Source of the DNA: Vulcanimicrobiota bacterium
GTDB lineage: Bacteria > Vulcanimicrobiota > Vulcanimicrobiia > Vulcanimicrobiales > Vulcanimicrobiaceae
NCBI GenBank assembly: GCA_963699435.1
Contig: CAVOTV010000004.1
Coordinates: 25,474 to 89,473 of the forward strand
Length of the DNA stretch: 64,000 bases
Direction: 5' to 3'
Position numbers and translations under genes: made by a program. How positions within the stretch are numbered: position 1 is the first letter of the stretch; every line of letters starts with the position of its first letter. Shown here one piece after another: positions 10,170-20,555 of this stretch. Below the pieces are notes generated by a model. It saw only the letters and a program-made list of their open reading frames with translations, was not told the DNA's origin and made no database searches.

Positions 10170-11058
10170 CGCGATCGGATCCGACATTCTCGAACTCGCG
10201 CGCGCTCGCGGTGCGCGGACGATTTTCGTCGTCGGCATCGGGAAGCGACGTCGGTAAGACGACCGCGCTGCGCGCGATCTATGCGGCGGCCGCCGCGCGC
10301 GGCATCCGCGCCGGTTTGGCATCGATTGGACGCGACGGCGACGGAGCCGCGCCCGAGCGCGGCCGAAGCCGCGTCTTTGGCTGCAGCCCGATACGACGTT
10401 CGTGACGGCCGCCGGCGCGCTGCCGCGCTCGCCCGCCGTCGAAGTCGTCGATCTCTCGCGGTTGTTCAGTCCGCGTGGGCCGGCTGCTCTACGCGCGCGT
10501 TCGCACGCCGGGATACTACGAGTTGGTCGGGCCGCCGACGGCATCGGGCGTCCGCGAGATCGTCGAAGCGATTGCGCGCGCTGGGCGACATGGTGATCGT
10601 CGACGGTGCGTCGACCGCATCGCGGCGCTGGCGGGCTTGAACGGCGCCATCGTCGTTTCCTGCGGCGCCGCGGCCGCGGGAACGATGGCCGAAGCGGTGG
10701 ACGAAGCCGCGGCGCTCGTGGCGCGGTTGCGGGTCGCGGCGTTCGATCCGGCGAGCCGGCGATTCATCTCGACGGCGCGCTGACCGCATGCGCGAGCGGC
10801 GGAACTTCGTCGCGGCCGGCGAGCGCCGGCAGATCGTCGTGCGCGATCCTACGCAGATCGTGATCCGCGGTCAGGCCGGCTCGCGCGCGCTCGCGCTGTT
10901 GACGGTGCGCTGCCGGCGGCCGCTCACGGTGGTTGCCGCGACGGTTGCATCCATCGCTGCCGAGCGTCGTTCGAGCCTCGCGAGCTTTGCCGCAGCGGTC
11001 GCGCGTGCGACCAAGCTTCCGACGTTCGACGTATACGCGGGCAGAGCGCGCCGCATGA
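10170..11058 (+). pseudogene. P-loop NTPase (MobB-like Walker A), several frame changes; start not identified
   Basis: IFVVGIGSDVGKTTALRAIYAAAAARGIRAGL resembles the MobB-type P-loop. Later fragments VIVDGA, IHLDGALTA, QIVVRDPTQIVI, RPLTVVAATV and LPTFDVYAG lie in three frames. I assumed the end at TGA 11056..11058. Confidence 0.45.
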
Positions 11059-11061
11059 ACG

Positions 11062-12667
11062 TTGCACGATTTGCTCGACGCCTCGAGCGCGCACGTCGTC
11101 GGGTTCGACTGGCTCGCCCGCGCGGTCGCCCCGGTATCGCCTACGGCGACCGCGTCTTCGAACGCTCCGGCCGTTCCGGCCGGGCGATGAGAGCGCGGCA
11201 CAAGCGCGCGTGCGACGCGATCGCGCACTGCGCCGAGGCGATGCCGCCGGGGCGGCTGGATGCGATTCGAAGCGTGCTCGCCGAGTTGCCCGACGTCGCG
11301 GGCGCCCTCGCCCGCGCCGTCGATGGGCGACGCGCTTGACGACGCCGGATTTCTTGGAGCTGCGCCGGTTTTGCACGACGATCGAACGAATCGAGAGCGC
11401 TCGCCGCGGAGTACTCGGAGCGTCCCGCGATATTCAACGACGCGGTTGCCGAGGTTGGCGGCGCGCTCGCACCGGCGGGTCGCGACGCATCGGCGTTCTA
11501 TATCGCCGATGCCTTCGATTCGACGCTTGCGGCGGCGCGCGCCCTGCTCGCCCGCGAGCAAGCCGAGCTCGATGCGGCGCGCGGCCGCGAGAACGCGCGC
11601 GCCGCACGCGCGCTAGGCCGCGAAGCCATCGAGTCCGACGAGTTCATCGTGATGCGTTCGGACTTTCGCGGGTCGCTTCCGGCCGGCGTTCGCGCGATCC
11701 GCGAGGCGCCGACGTACGTGCTGTGCGCGCTGGAGTACGGCGAGACGACGCTCGCGGCGCTAGCCCGGCGCGACGCCGCCGCAACGGCGGTGGCCGAGGC
11801 CGAGGAGCGCGTGCGCGCGCGTCTTTCGGCGCTCGTGCGCGATCGCGCCGCGCTGCTCGGCGCGGCGGCGCGCGGCCTGGGCGAACTCGACGTGCTCGTC
11901 GCGGCGGCGCGATACGCCCAGCGATTCGATTGCGTCGCGCCGTTGCTCGACGCTGATCCAGTGCTTTCGTTCGAGGGCGCGCGTTTTCTGCCGCTGGAAG
12001 GCGAACTTGCGGCGGCTGGGGAGGCGATTCGTGCCGCTCGATCTCGAGCTGCGCGACGTAGCGGTGTTGACCGGTCCGAACATGGGTGGTAAGAGCGTCT
12101 CGCTGCAAACGTGCGGATTTCTCGCGCTGGCCTGCGCGTTCGGACTCCCGGTTCCGGCAAAGCGGGCGCGCTGCGCGATCTTCGATCAGATTGCGTGGCT
12201 CGGGCATCGGTCGCAACGTCAGCATCGGCGGCCTGCTCTCGTCGTTCGCGCGCGAAGTCGTGCGAGCTCAAGGCGATTTTGGCGCGCGGCGCACCGCGGC
12301 TCCTTATCTTGGTTGATGAGTTTGCGCGTACGACGACGCCGCATGAGGGAAAGGCACTGCTGATCGCCCTGCTCGAGCGCTTGCGGGAGCGCGGCGCGTG
12401 TCGGGATGCTCGCCACGCATCTGAGCGGCGTCGTCGGCTGCGGCCGGCGTCCGGCACTTCGCGGTGCGGGGACTGCGCGGCATCCCACAGCGTCCTGCGG
12501 TGAGCGAGGTGGCGCAAGCCCTTGCGGCGCTCGCGGAAGCGATGGATTACACGATCGAGGAAGTGGGCCCCGACGCGCGTCCGCGGACCGACGCGATCGC
12601 GCTGACCGAGCTGCTCGGCGTCGACGCCGATTTCGTCGCGGCGGCGCATCGCGCACTCTCGCAATGA
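11062..12667 (+). pseudogene. MutS-family ATPase (domain V, no mismatch-binding or Smr domain), about 6 frame changes
   Basis: Fragments: LHDLLDASSAHVVGFDWLARAV (TTG 11062), DAIAHCAEAMPPGRLDAIRSVLAELPDV, FLELRRFCTTIERIE, and ORF 11649..12092 (helical core). Walker A is VLTGPNMGGKSVSLQT and Walker B is LLILVDEFARTTTPHEG. The tail ORF 12464..12667 ends at TGA. Confidence 0.7.
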
Positions 12668-12703
12668 ACTAGCGCGGCGCGCTGCGAACCTACATAACTC
12701 CGT

Positions 12704-13545
12704 ATGGATCCGCTGATCATCACCTGCGCGCCGGTTGGCGCCGAAGTCCGGCCCGATCAGACGCCGCATCTGCCGTATACGCCGCAAGCTGCTCGGCGAG
12801 ACGGCCCGCGCCGTTCGCGAGGCCGGCGGCTCGATCATCCACGTGCATTGCCGCAACGACGACGGAACGAACACGCACAGCGTGGAGCGATTTCCGCGAA
12901 GCGTACGATGCGATTCGCGCGCAGAGCGATCTCATCGTGCAGTTCTCTACCGGCGGCGCGATCGGGATGACGCCCGAGGAGCGCGCGAGCGTGCTCGAAC
13001 TTCGTCCCGAAATGGCGACGCTCACCTGCGGCAGCGTGAACTTCGGCGACGACGTCTTTGAGAACAGCTTTCCGATCATGCGCGGAATTTTGAAGAAGAT
13101 GAACGAGTTCGGCGTGCGGCCGGAGCTCGAGATCTTCGATAAGGGGCATCTTGCCAACGCGCGCACGCTCGCGCAGCGAGCGGCTGCTCTCGTTGCCGCA
13201 GCACGTTGATTTCGTGCTCGGCGTGCCGGGCGGCCTGGAAGCGACGGTGCAGAATCTTTGCCGATCTCGTGGACAACCTCCCGGCCGGATGCACGTGGTC
13301 CGTCGCGGGCATCGGCCGCCAGCAGCTCCCGATGGCGATGACTGCGATCGCGATGGGCGGTCACGTCCGCGTAGGGCTCGAGGATAATCTGTATTACAGC
13401 CGCGGGCGGCTCGCCCGCAACGAGGAGCTCGTCGCGCGCGTCGCGCGTATCGCCACGGAGGCCGGGCGTCCGGTCGCGACGCCCGACCAAGCGCGGAAAC
13501 TTCTCGGGTTGCCGGTGCCGGTTGCGGGGGGGGCCGGTAGCCTAA
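12704..13545 (+). pseudogene. 3-keto-5-aminohexanoate cleavage enzyme family (BKACE/DUF849), at least 4 frame changes
   Basis: MDPLIITCAPVG, GGSIIHVHCRNDDG, IVQFSTGGAIGMTPEER, MATLTCGSVNFGDDVFENS, FGVRPELEIFD and WSVAGIGRQQLPMAMTAIAMGGHVRVGLEDNLYY are spread over ORFs 12704.., 12735.., 12937.., 13151.. and 13206... The 3' end lies beside a G8 run (13526..13533). The stop is either TAG 13538 or TAA 13543. Confidence 0.75.
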
Positions 13546-13567
13546 CGTCCAATAACGGCCGCCGACA

Positions 13568-14544
13568 TTGTTCACATACGTCGTGCGCCGGACGCTGCAG
13601 GCGATTCCGCTGCTGCTGGCCATCTCGGTCATCCTTTACGGCATCCTCTACAACATGCCGGGAGGCCCCTGGCGCCGTATCTGCAGAACCCGCACATCAC
13701 GCCCGCGGACATCGCGCGCCTCAAGCACAATCTCGGCATGGACCAGCCCGTTCCGATTCAATACCTCGAAGTGGCTCGGTCACGTGCTCGTCGGCGACTT
13801 CGGCTACTCGACGAGCAACTCCGAGCCGGTCTTGCAGGCGCTGCTCGAACGTCTGCCCGCGACGCTGGAGCTGATGGGCGCGTCGCTCTTCGTCGCGATC
13901 GCCATCGGCGTCGGCGCCGGCATCATTTCGGCGGTCTATCGCTACTCGGCCCTCGACTATGTGATCACGACGCTGGCGCATTCTTCGGCCAAGCGATGCC
14001 GGTGTTTTGGTTTGCGCTCATGATGCAGCTCGCGTTCGCCGTCCACGGCATCCCGCTGCCGGGCGGCTATCAGATCCAGTTGCCGTCGGCCGGCATTGCG
14101 AGCAGCGACACGTTCGATCTCGGCGACCGGATCGTCCACCTGATCTTGCCCGCCATCGTGCTCTCGCTGCTGGGGATCGCAACCTATAGCCGGTTCATGC
14201 GCTCCTCGCTGCTCGAGGTGCTCGGCACCGACTACATGCGCACCGCCGCCGCAAAGGGACTTGCGTTTCCGCGCGATTCTCTTCAAGCACGGCTTGAAGA
14301 ATGCGCTGATTCCGGTGGTCACGGTCATCGCGCTGTCGCTGCCCGGGCTGCTCGCCGGAGCCATCTTCACCGAGACGATCTTCGCGTGGCCCGGCATGGG
14401 CAGGCTCTTCATCAATGCGCTCTACCAGAGCGACTCGCGCTGCTGATGGGCTATCTGCTGCTCGTTGCCTTCTTCGTCGTCTTCTCCAACCTGCTCGCCG
14501 ACGTGCTCTACGCGTGGCTCGATCCGCGCGTGAAGTACGACTAG
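13568..14544 (+). pseudogene. Peptide/nickel ABC transporter permease (DppB/OppB-like), several frame changes
   Basis: MFTYVVRRTLQAIPLLLAISVILYG (TTG 13568), WLGHVLVGDFGYS, PATLELMGASLFVAIAIGVGAGIISA, AMPVFWFALMMQLAFAV, YMRTAAAKGL, LKNALIPVVTVIALSLPGLLAGAIFTETIFAWPGMGRLF and NLLADVLYAWLDPRVKYD lie in alternating frames. Confidence 0.8.
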
Positions 14545-14571
14545 AGGGCGCAGTCCGCATCGTCGCTTCCG

Positions 14572-15549
14572 ATGGGCGCCGACGTCGTGATCGAAGCGAC
14601 GATCTCCAACTTTCGAAGGTAACGTTTTGGACGCGGTTGCGCCGCCACAAGCTCGCCATCGCCGGGATCGATCGTGCTGACGCTGATGGTGCTGGCTGCG
14701 GTGTTCGCCAAACAGCTCGCGCCGTTCGACCCCAACTGCGATCGACAACGTGCACTGGCAAGGCGACGCCGCTGCCGCCGTGTTTCCAAGACGCCGCGCA
14801 GTGCGGCGGCCATCCCGCTGGGCACCGACGAGGTCGGGCCGCGACATGCTGTCGCGCATGCTTTTCGGCGCGCGCATTTCGCTGGCCGTCGGTCTCTTTG
14901 CCGTGATCATGGAAGTGCTCATCGGCAGCACGCTCGGTGCCGTCGCCGGGTACTACGGCGGCTGGGTCGACTATGTGCTGATGCGTCTCACCGACGTCTT
15001 CCTCTCGATTCCGCTGCTGCCGCTGCTGCTCGTGCTGACGGCGATCGTTGCGGCGAGCTCGTCGAAAGCGGCGCTCAATTTCGGGGTGATCGTCGTCATC
15101 ATCGGCAGGCTCTCGTGGATGCCGCGTCGCGCGTCTCGTGCGCGCCTCGTTCCTGAGCCTGCGCGAGCGCGAGTTTGCCGAGGCGGCCCGGGCCGTCGGG
15201 CAACAACGACGGACGGATCATCTTCCGCCATCTGCTTCCCAACGCCGTCGCCCCGATCATCGTCAAGGCGACCCTCGACGTCGCCGGCGTCATCCTCGCT
15301 CGAATCGGTCCTCTCGTTCCTCGGCTTCGGAATCCAGCCGCCCACCGCGTCCTGGGGCAACATGCTCGCCAACGCCCAGATCCAATCTCTCAAACGCGCC
15401 TGGTGGGCGGCGGTCTTCCCCGGCCTCTGCATCCTCGATTACCGTGCTGGCCATCAACTATATCGGCGACGGCCTGCGCGATGCGCTTGACCCGAACAGC
15501 GGTAAAGGCCCGACTACCGCGATTCGCCGGGCCGAAGCCCGGCATATAG
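14572..15549 (+). pseudogene. Peptide/nickel ABC transporter permease (DppC/OppC-like), several frame changes; 3' end uncertain
   Basis: FWTRLRRHKLAIAGI, VLAAVFAKQLAPFDPN, PLGTDEVGRDMLSRMLFGARISLAVGLFAV, GYYGGWVDYVLMRLTDVFLSIPLLPLLLVL, REREFAEAARAVG, IIFRHLLPNAVAPIIV, ESVLSFLGFGIQPPTASWGNML and AINYIGDGLRDALDP lie in alternating frames. Confidence 0.8.
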
Positions 15550-15557
15550 CCCTCTGC

Positions 15558-15641
15558 GCGCAAGTGGCGGAATTGGTAGACGCACTAGCTTGAGGGGCTA
15601 GCGGGAGCAATCTCGTGCTGGTTCGAGTCCAGTCTTGCGCA
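15558..15641 (+). tRNA. tRNA-Leu (anticodon GAG)
   Basis: Cloverleaf read by eye. Acceptor is GCGCAAG/CTTGCGC plus discriminator A. The D region is GGCGGAATTGGTAGACGC. The anticodon stem is CTAGC/GCTAG with loop TTGAGGG. There is a long variable arm (class II) and a T arm GCTGG-TTCGAGT-CCAGT. CCA is not encoded. Confidence 0.85.
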
Positions 15642-15728
15642 TGAATCCCGGGATACAAGAGCGGCCTTACGCGCGGCGTGGGGGCCGCTGGTCGCCCGCC
15701 TCCTGCGCGACCGGCGACGTGGCAACGC

Positions 15729-16694
15729 TTACGGGCTCAGCGTCGCCCCAAAGGGCTCCGACACCTCGATCGTGGACGTCGGCGCGCCGCCCGACGGGTA
15801 GGGATAGAAGCCGACCGTACCGCCGTCCTGACTCGGTGCGACCACGCTGCCTTTGTGCTTCTTGCCGGCAGTCGCAATCCAAAACTGATTGACGTAATTT
15901 GCTTGCGCAAGCGTCACCTTGGCCGCCATGGTTCCCTTGCGGCCTTCGATGCGATAGATGACTCCGGCATCGGTATCGCCGACGGCGACGTACTTGCCGT
16001 CCCACTGCACGCCGCCGGGCCACCCAATCGTCTGCTTGACGGTAATGTCTTTGAAGGTGCTGCTCCCTTTGGGAAGTTGCGCAAAGGCAAACGAGCCGCC
16101 CGGCGTTTCACCGTCGACGTAGAGATTACCGTTCGCATCGTAACCGCAGAAGCGGTATTGTTCGATGCTGGAGTCGGTGTAGATCTGCGGCGTCCCTTTG
16201 GCTCCGGCATAGATCGAAACGCTGCCGCCGCCCGAGTTGCTGTAGAAGTTCGTAACGGCGAGGTTTCCGGTCGCGGGATCGACGGAGCAACCTTCCGGGT
16301 ACTCCCCCGCGTCGGCGAGCGTCGCGATCGCCGTCGTTCCGCCGTGTGCGTATTCGACGACCTCTTGGAGGCCGTCGTTGACGATCCACACGTTGGCCGA
16401 TGTATCGACGCAAAGGCCGTACGGCGAAGAGAATCCGGTGAGCGTCCCAACGAGCGCGTGCGTGGACGCCGAATAAACGTACACGTCGTTGCTCAGCACG
16501 GAAGAAACGTAGAGAAGAGCCTGCTTCTTGGCCGCCGGCGACATCCACGAGCGGCTGCGATCGCTGCGGGCGAGAGCGGATCCGCTTTGTGTGACGTTCG
16601 GGCCGATCGGGCCGGCGGGTGACGGCGGGCCGCCGCACCCGGCGGCGAACGCCGGCGCGGCGAGGAGGGCAGTGGCAACGCACGCGATCTTCAT
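15729..16694 (-). CDS. Putative lipoprotein, beta-propeller-like repeats (paralog of 4500..5432)
   Basis: Intact 321-aa ORF with signal/lipobox-like MKIACVATALLAAPAFAAGCGG. It shares LLYVS, GLCVD...NVWIVN, VVEYAHGG, GCSVDPATGNLAV, GNLYVDG, WPGGVQWDG and VAVGD with the 4500..5432 protein. Confidence 0.65.
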   Translation of the reverse strand: MKIACVATALLAAPAFAAGCGGPPSPAGPIGPNVTQSGSALARSDRSRSWMSPAAKKQALLYVSSVLSNDVYVYSASTHALVGTLTGFSSPYGLCVDTSANVWIVNDGLQEVVEYAHGGTTAIATLADAGEYPEGCSVDPATGNLAVTNFYSNSGGGSVSIYAGAKGTPQIYTDSSIEQYRFCGYDANGNLYVDGETPGGSFAFAQLPKGSSTFKDITVKQTIGWPGGVQWDGKYVAVGDTDAGVIYRIEGRKGTMAAKVTLAQANYVNQFWIATAGKKHKGSVVAPSQDGGTVGFYPYPSGGAPTSTIEVSEPFGATLSP

Positions 16695-16956
16695 GGTGCG
16701 GGAAATTCCGCTCTTCCCGTCCGGCTCCGCCTTCTCTGGCCGGCGATCGAGCGGGCACGGCGGTCTCCTGCCGGGAAGTCCGCGCCGGGGCGGCGGAACG
16801 GGCGCGCGAGCCTGCGCTGGGCATTCGGAGCGTCAGGAGAGAAGTCTAGGCTCGGCCGGAGCGGCCAAGCGGGGCGGAGCCGAACCGACGAGCCCGCATT
16901 TTTGAAACAGTGGTCGGGGCTGGGGCGTAAAGCAGAACGAGAATGGAACATCTATC

Positions 16957-19900
16957 GTGTGGTTGACCCGCTTCGCGATCAGTCGACCCGTGATCACCGC
17001 GATGGTCTTCATCGCGTTGGCGATCTTCGGCACGATCGCGTTCTTTAAGATCGGCCGTAGCGACGAACCCGCCGGGGACGGACGTTCCCGGTGGTCGTGG
17101 TTTAGCTCGGCTATCCCGGCGCCTCGCCTCAGGAGATGGAGCGGCTGATCATCAAGCCGATCGAAGATCAGCTCGACGGTCTCGACAACCTCGATCAGAT
17201 GAGCGCGACGGCACAGGAAGGAGTAGCTCCGATCGTCGCCGTTCAGTTCAAGCTGGGCACGGATCTCGATGGTCGCGGCGATCAACGTGCAGAACGCCGT
17301 CGACACGGCCCGCGTGTACATGCCCGCCGACCTCGATCCGCCATGCGTCTATAAGAACGGCGCCTCGCAGCCGCTGCTCGACGTAGCGGTCAGCTCGAAG
17401 ACGCTCTCGCCAACGCAGCTCGCCGATTTCGTCAATAACAAACTCAGCCGATGCTCAAGGCAATTCCGAACGTCCAAAGCGTCGGCATCTACGGTGCGAC
17501 CGATCGCGAGTTTCACGTCGAGCCGATTCCGGGGCGAATTGCTCGGGGCGAACGCGACGTTGGCGACGTCTTCCAACGCCGTCGCCTCCAACAACGCCAA
17601 CCTTCCGGGCGGATTCTGCGCCAGCCGACCAGGAGACGAGCGTCTCGGTCCACGCGGAAGTCAATACCGCGCAAGATCTGCTCGGCATTCCGCTGCGTAA
17701 TCCCGGGCAGCACCAGCACGAACATGAAGGTCGGAGACGTGGCGTACGGCTACGACAGTCACGTCGAGCCGACGTACGATCTCTCACTACAACGGGCAAC
17801 CTCGGATCTATGTCGAGCCTCGGCCGCAATCATCGCCGCCGACGAGATCAGCTTCGACGAAGATCGCGCGCGACCACCTCAAGCAGATCGCCGAAGAGTT
17901 TCCGGATCTGACGTTCCACGAAATTGACGCGCCGGCCGATTACACGCAGAAGTCGCTCAACGGAGTCTGGCAGTCGCTCATCGAGGGCATCATTTTGACG
18001 ATGATCGTGATGCTGCTCTTCCTGCATCCGTGGCGCAACTGCGGTCGTCGTCATGATCGCGATCCCGACGTTCGATTCTATCGACCTTCGTCTTGATGCT
18101 CATGTTCGGGTTCCACCTGGACACGATGTCGTTGATGGGTCTCTCGCTGATCATCGGCATCCTCGTCGACGATTCGATCGTCGTCCTCGAGAACATCACC
18201 CGGCATCGCGATCTCGGCGAGGAGCCGATCGATGCCGCGGTCAACGGGCGCAGCGAAATCGGCGGCGCCGCAATTGCGATCACGATGGTCGACGTGGTCG
18301 TCTTTCTTCCGATCGCGTTCCTGCCCGGCATCGTAGGCGCGTATCTGCGGGAGTTCGGCGCCGTCATCGTTATTGCGACGTTGTTCTCGCTCTTCGTCTC
18401 CTTCACGCTCACGCCGCTGCTGGCGGCGCAGTGGAGCGTTTTAAAGCGCTCGAGATCGCGCCGCCGTGGATGGAGTGCTAGGGACGCTGAAGGCAACCTT
18501 GGCGATGTTCGCGGCGGCCGTCGCGGCGTATTTCCTGCCTTGGCCGATTGCCGAGCTGCACCACGTCGTACCGATCATGATCCTCGCCGCGATCGGGCTC
18601 AACCAGTTCGTGCTCCGCTACGATCGCTGCTGCAGTTGGTACAGGACGAAGGCGTTGCCGTACGCGCTGCAACACGGGCTCTTCGTCGTGTTCACGTGCG
18701 TGGTGCTCGTGCTCAACTCGCTTACGCTGGCGATGGGGGCGGGAACGACTACGATCGCGCTCAACGTTTTTATTCTCGTCCTTGCCGCGATCTGGCACGC
18801 GATCGGCTTCCTCCTGCGGCGGCGAATCCCGGAGAAGAACATCGCCTATCGCTGGTCGTCCTCGACGAACGGTCGCAGCCGTGCCTCGATGGTGGCTCGG
18901 CGCTCCGGCGACGTCGCCAAGAATATGCCCCGCGTCATAACCCGCTGGTTCTACGCCACCGGGCGTAGCCGGGCCCTGACGGTCAGCGACGTTCGCGCTG
19001 CCGATCGTGCTTGCGATCCTGCTGCCGCTGATCGGCCCGATCGACTTCGATTTCGTTCCGCAGTTCCAGACCGGCGAGATTTCGATGACGGTTACCTATC
19101 CGCCGGGGACGCCGACTGCAAACGACGTCAAAATACGTTACCGATCTCGAAAATGCGAATCATGCAAGATCGACGGCATCAAATCGGTCAGCTCGACGGT
19201 CGGCCGCAAGCCGCAAGGTTTTGGCTCGGCTGATCGGCGGCAATTACGCCACAGCTTAACGCTCAAACGCTGCCGGAACGGCGCCACGAGACGAACAAGA
19301 TCATCGAAAAGATCCGCAAGCTCGGGTACTTGGTGCCGGGCGGAGACTTCCAAGTCGCCGGCGATACGGGCGGCGGATCCGGTGCGCCGATCTTCTATTC
19401 GCTCTCGGGACCGGAAGACGAAATCGTTCCGGCGGCGGAAAAAGTCGCCCAGTTCCTGCGCGGCACGCCCGGCAGCGTCAACGTCCAGACCAGCGCCGAG
19501 GTCGCGGCGCCGCGTCTCAACGTGAACATCGATCGCCAGCAAAAGGCCGAATGCTGGGCGTCTCGCCGTCGGATGCGGCCAATGCCGCACGCATCGCGAT
19601 CGACGGCGCGGTTGCGACGCGCGTGCGTGCCGAGAACGGTCTGGTCGACGTGCGCGTGCAGTTGCCGCCGGCCGACCGCTAGACGGTCGATCAGCTCCTG
19701 GACGTTCGCGTTCGCGCTCAGGACGGTACGCTGGTTCCGTTCGGCGACATCGCCGAATCTCCAATGGACGACCGCGCCGACGCAAGTCAAAGCGACTCAA
19801 TCGCGCGCGCGTCGTCAACGTTTACGGCGGCGTTCTTCCCGGATACTCGCTGGGCTCGGTGACGCAGCCGCTCGAAGCGGCAAACTGCATAAGCCGGGAT

Positions 19901-20555
19901 TCCTTCCGGAAGGCGTGCAGCTTACCGCTCAAGGCGATACCCAATACATGATGGAGACGATGGCCAACATGGGCATCGCGTTGCTGACGTCGTTCATGCT
20001 GGTCTACATGCTCATGGTGATCTTCTACGGATCGTTCTTCGAGCCGCTGATCGTCATGTTCTCGCGTTCCGCTGCGCGATCATCGGAGCGTCGTGCGGGC
20101 TGTCCTTCATGGCGTGGTTTTACACGAATATCGTGCACCAGCCGGCCGGCCAATCGTTGAACATCATCTCGATGATCGGCATCGTCATGCTCTTCGGGCT
20201 GGTCTCAAAGAATGGAATTCTGCGTCGTCGACTACTCGAACACGCTCACGCAGCGCGGCATGCGCGTGCGCGATGCCGTGCTGCAGGCGTCCAGACGCGG
20301 TTCCGGCCGATTCTGATGACGACGTGCGCGATGGTCTTCGGCATGCTGCCGCTCTCGCTCGGCTTCGCCGAAGGCGGCGAATGGCGGCAGGCGATGGGAA
20401 CGGTCATCATCGGAGGTCTGTTCAGCTCGCTCATCCTCACGCTGTTTCTCGTGCCGATGGTCTACAAGACCTGGATGGCATTCTTCGAACGCCGAGGCGA
20501 TCAGCGGGCCGTGACTGCGGAGATGTCGCGTCCGGCCGAAGTCGGCATAGTGTGA
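16957..20555 (+). pseudogene. RND efflux transporter permease (AcrB/HAE-type), more than 12 frame changes
   Basis: MWLTRFAISRPVITAMVFIALAIFG, PQEMERLIIKPIEDQLDGL, GLSLIIGILVDDSIVVLENI, IAITMVDVVVFLPIAFLPG, FDFVPQFQTGEISMTVTYPPGT, SGAPIFYSLSGPE, ALLTSFMLVYMLMVIFYGSFFEP, SMIGIVMLFGLVSKNGIL and ILMTTCAMVFGMLPLSLG...GGLFSSLILTLFLVPMVY. The stop is TGA 20553..20555. Confidence 0.8.

Noticed and set aside
15558-16694. tRNA-Leu as a possible integration site for a genomic island.
   Set aside because: There is no integrase, no direct repeat of the tRNA 3' end, and no compositional break visible. The neighbouring gene is a paralog of a gene in the core-looking region.
16869-16903. A GC hairpin (GCGGGGC...GCCCGC) followed by ATTTTT in the leader of the RND gene, a possible attenuator.
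   Set aside because: The stem is imperfect with a 16-nt loop, there is no upstream plus-strand gene to terminate, and no alternative anti-terminator pairing is evident.
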